The notes below the pieces were generated by a model. It searched no databases. It saw only the letters and a program-made list of their open reading frames with translations, and had not been told where the DNA came from. Positions 63,146-64,000 of a stretch of DNA of 64,000 nucleotides are shown piece after piece; the first letter of the stretch is position 1; each line of letters opens with the position of its first letter. The stretch spans positions 310,001-374,000 of the forward strand of contig NW_003314298.1 in the NCBI RefSeq assembly GCF_000143415.4. Direction: 5' to 3'. Source of the stretch: Selaginella moellendorffii (lineage: Eukaryota > Plantae > Lycopodiophyta). The translations under genes were made by a program, and so were the position numbers.

Positions 63146-64000
63146 TAATACAGGTCGAGGGGTGGAAGCCCAAAGCGTGCATCTCCCAAGGGGGGGGGGG
63201 GGGGGGGGGGGGGTTTCCCAGGGTACCCCCAAAATTTTTAGGGGGAGGGGGGGCTCAAAAACCCCCCTTGAGGGACCCCCCAAAGGGGGTTCCCAAACCA
63301 ACTTGGGGTTAAAACAAGGGCTAGGGGGCCTTGGGTGGGAGTGAGCATGGACTCAAGTGGTGCTAGAAGGGCCACCCAAAGAAGTGCTCAATAGCAACTC
63401 CCACTCCCGGAAGGGAAACCGACTATGGTGCTCCCAGCTCATGTGGAGTGGTGCCGCATTTGAGTACCTTGTGGCTCATTGGTCCTCGCCCTTCCTAGGG
63501 GCTTGAGCCTTCCCTTCAGGATGGAAGTGGGGGAATAGGGGCACCTATACCAAACCATTAGGCCACGATATTTCCCTTCAGTGTCCTGAAGCAAGTGTTG
63601 CATCGAAGGCTTGGGATTTAGAGGGTCCCATAATCAAGTTTTGTTGTACTAAGGGATGTTAGAAACCTGGTGGCTTGGTGTGCTTGGCTATTTATGCCTG
63701 CGAAGAGTGTAGCCGAACCTTAAGTCCAATTTAACCTGGGGAGGTAAATTGAGAGAGATTTGGGAATCTGTGGATGGATGGCTAATGCTCCGTTATTCGT
63801 GTAGTGAGTAGTTGAAACTAAGTAGAACCAAGTAGGATTTAATACAATAGGTGGGAACCTTGACGAGGGAACTTAACTAAAGCAAAGGTCGTGATGGTTG
63901 GATAGACGAGGTAAGCTAGCAAATTGAAAAGGAAAATTTTGTGGCTTATAATATTCTAACTACACTTAACCTTTTATTTTGCACGTGAATAATTCTGATA

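Larger units (their letters stand above)
49505..63950 (+). mobile_element. Outer degenerate Ty3/gypsy retrotransposon (element A): 5' LTR ending 50340, tRNA-iMet PBS, gag-PR-RT-RH, integrase mostly missing, LTR 62812-63950
   Basis: PBS tggtattagagcc at 50344; gag AKLYLADNAKSWW; protease FIDTS; [28 protein letters not shown]; RNase H VETDALDFALG; 49700-50340 matches 63305-63950; many stop codons. Confidence 0.9.

Noticed and set aside
63189-63305. G-quadruplex-like or hairpin-rich segment after the poly-G run
   Set aside because: The homopolymer-rich pattern resembles low-quality sequence after a G run and is absent from the other LTR
62837-63344. Repetitive ORFs (LDLG/SRT repeats)
   Set aside because: Translations of LTR tandem repeats

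Overview
Plant nuclear DNA, very probably the lycophyte Selaginella. This is inferred from 45-90 nt introns, tiny intergenic spacers and an intronless PLS-class PPR gene, not verified. Bases 1-44.7 kb are gene-dense: FKBP, ClpF, HsfA, an Arg-rich H1/protamine-like gene, ULP1/ESD4, OVATE, ALDH2B plus a decayed copy, PTP, a PB1-TM mini-protein, THA8-like plus a decayed copy, aldolase, a DIPP-type Nudix, a multi-ubiquitin-like protein, TAA1/TAR, a FIP1-motif protein, thaumatin, PPR and NAC. Bases 44.7-49 kb are AT-rich direct repeats bracketing captured gene fragments. After an N gap, 49.5-64 kb is a nest of Ty3/gypsy elements up to three levels deep. Most notable: (1) an intron-containing, frameshifted fungal-type isocyanide synthase (Dit1/PvcA) gene in a plant; (2) a 187-bp solo LTR carrying a 5S rRNA promoter segment (Cassandra-like); (3) two chromoviruses whose primer-binding site matches their own transcript 5' end (Tf1-type self-priming); (4) three P1BS motifs upstream of a probable inositol-pyrophosphate Nudix hydrolase; (5) a protamine-like H1. 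Exon boundaries and homologies were read by eye from recalled motifs; no database searches were run.
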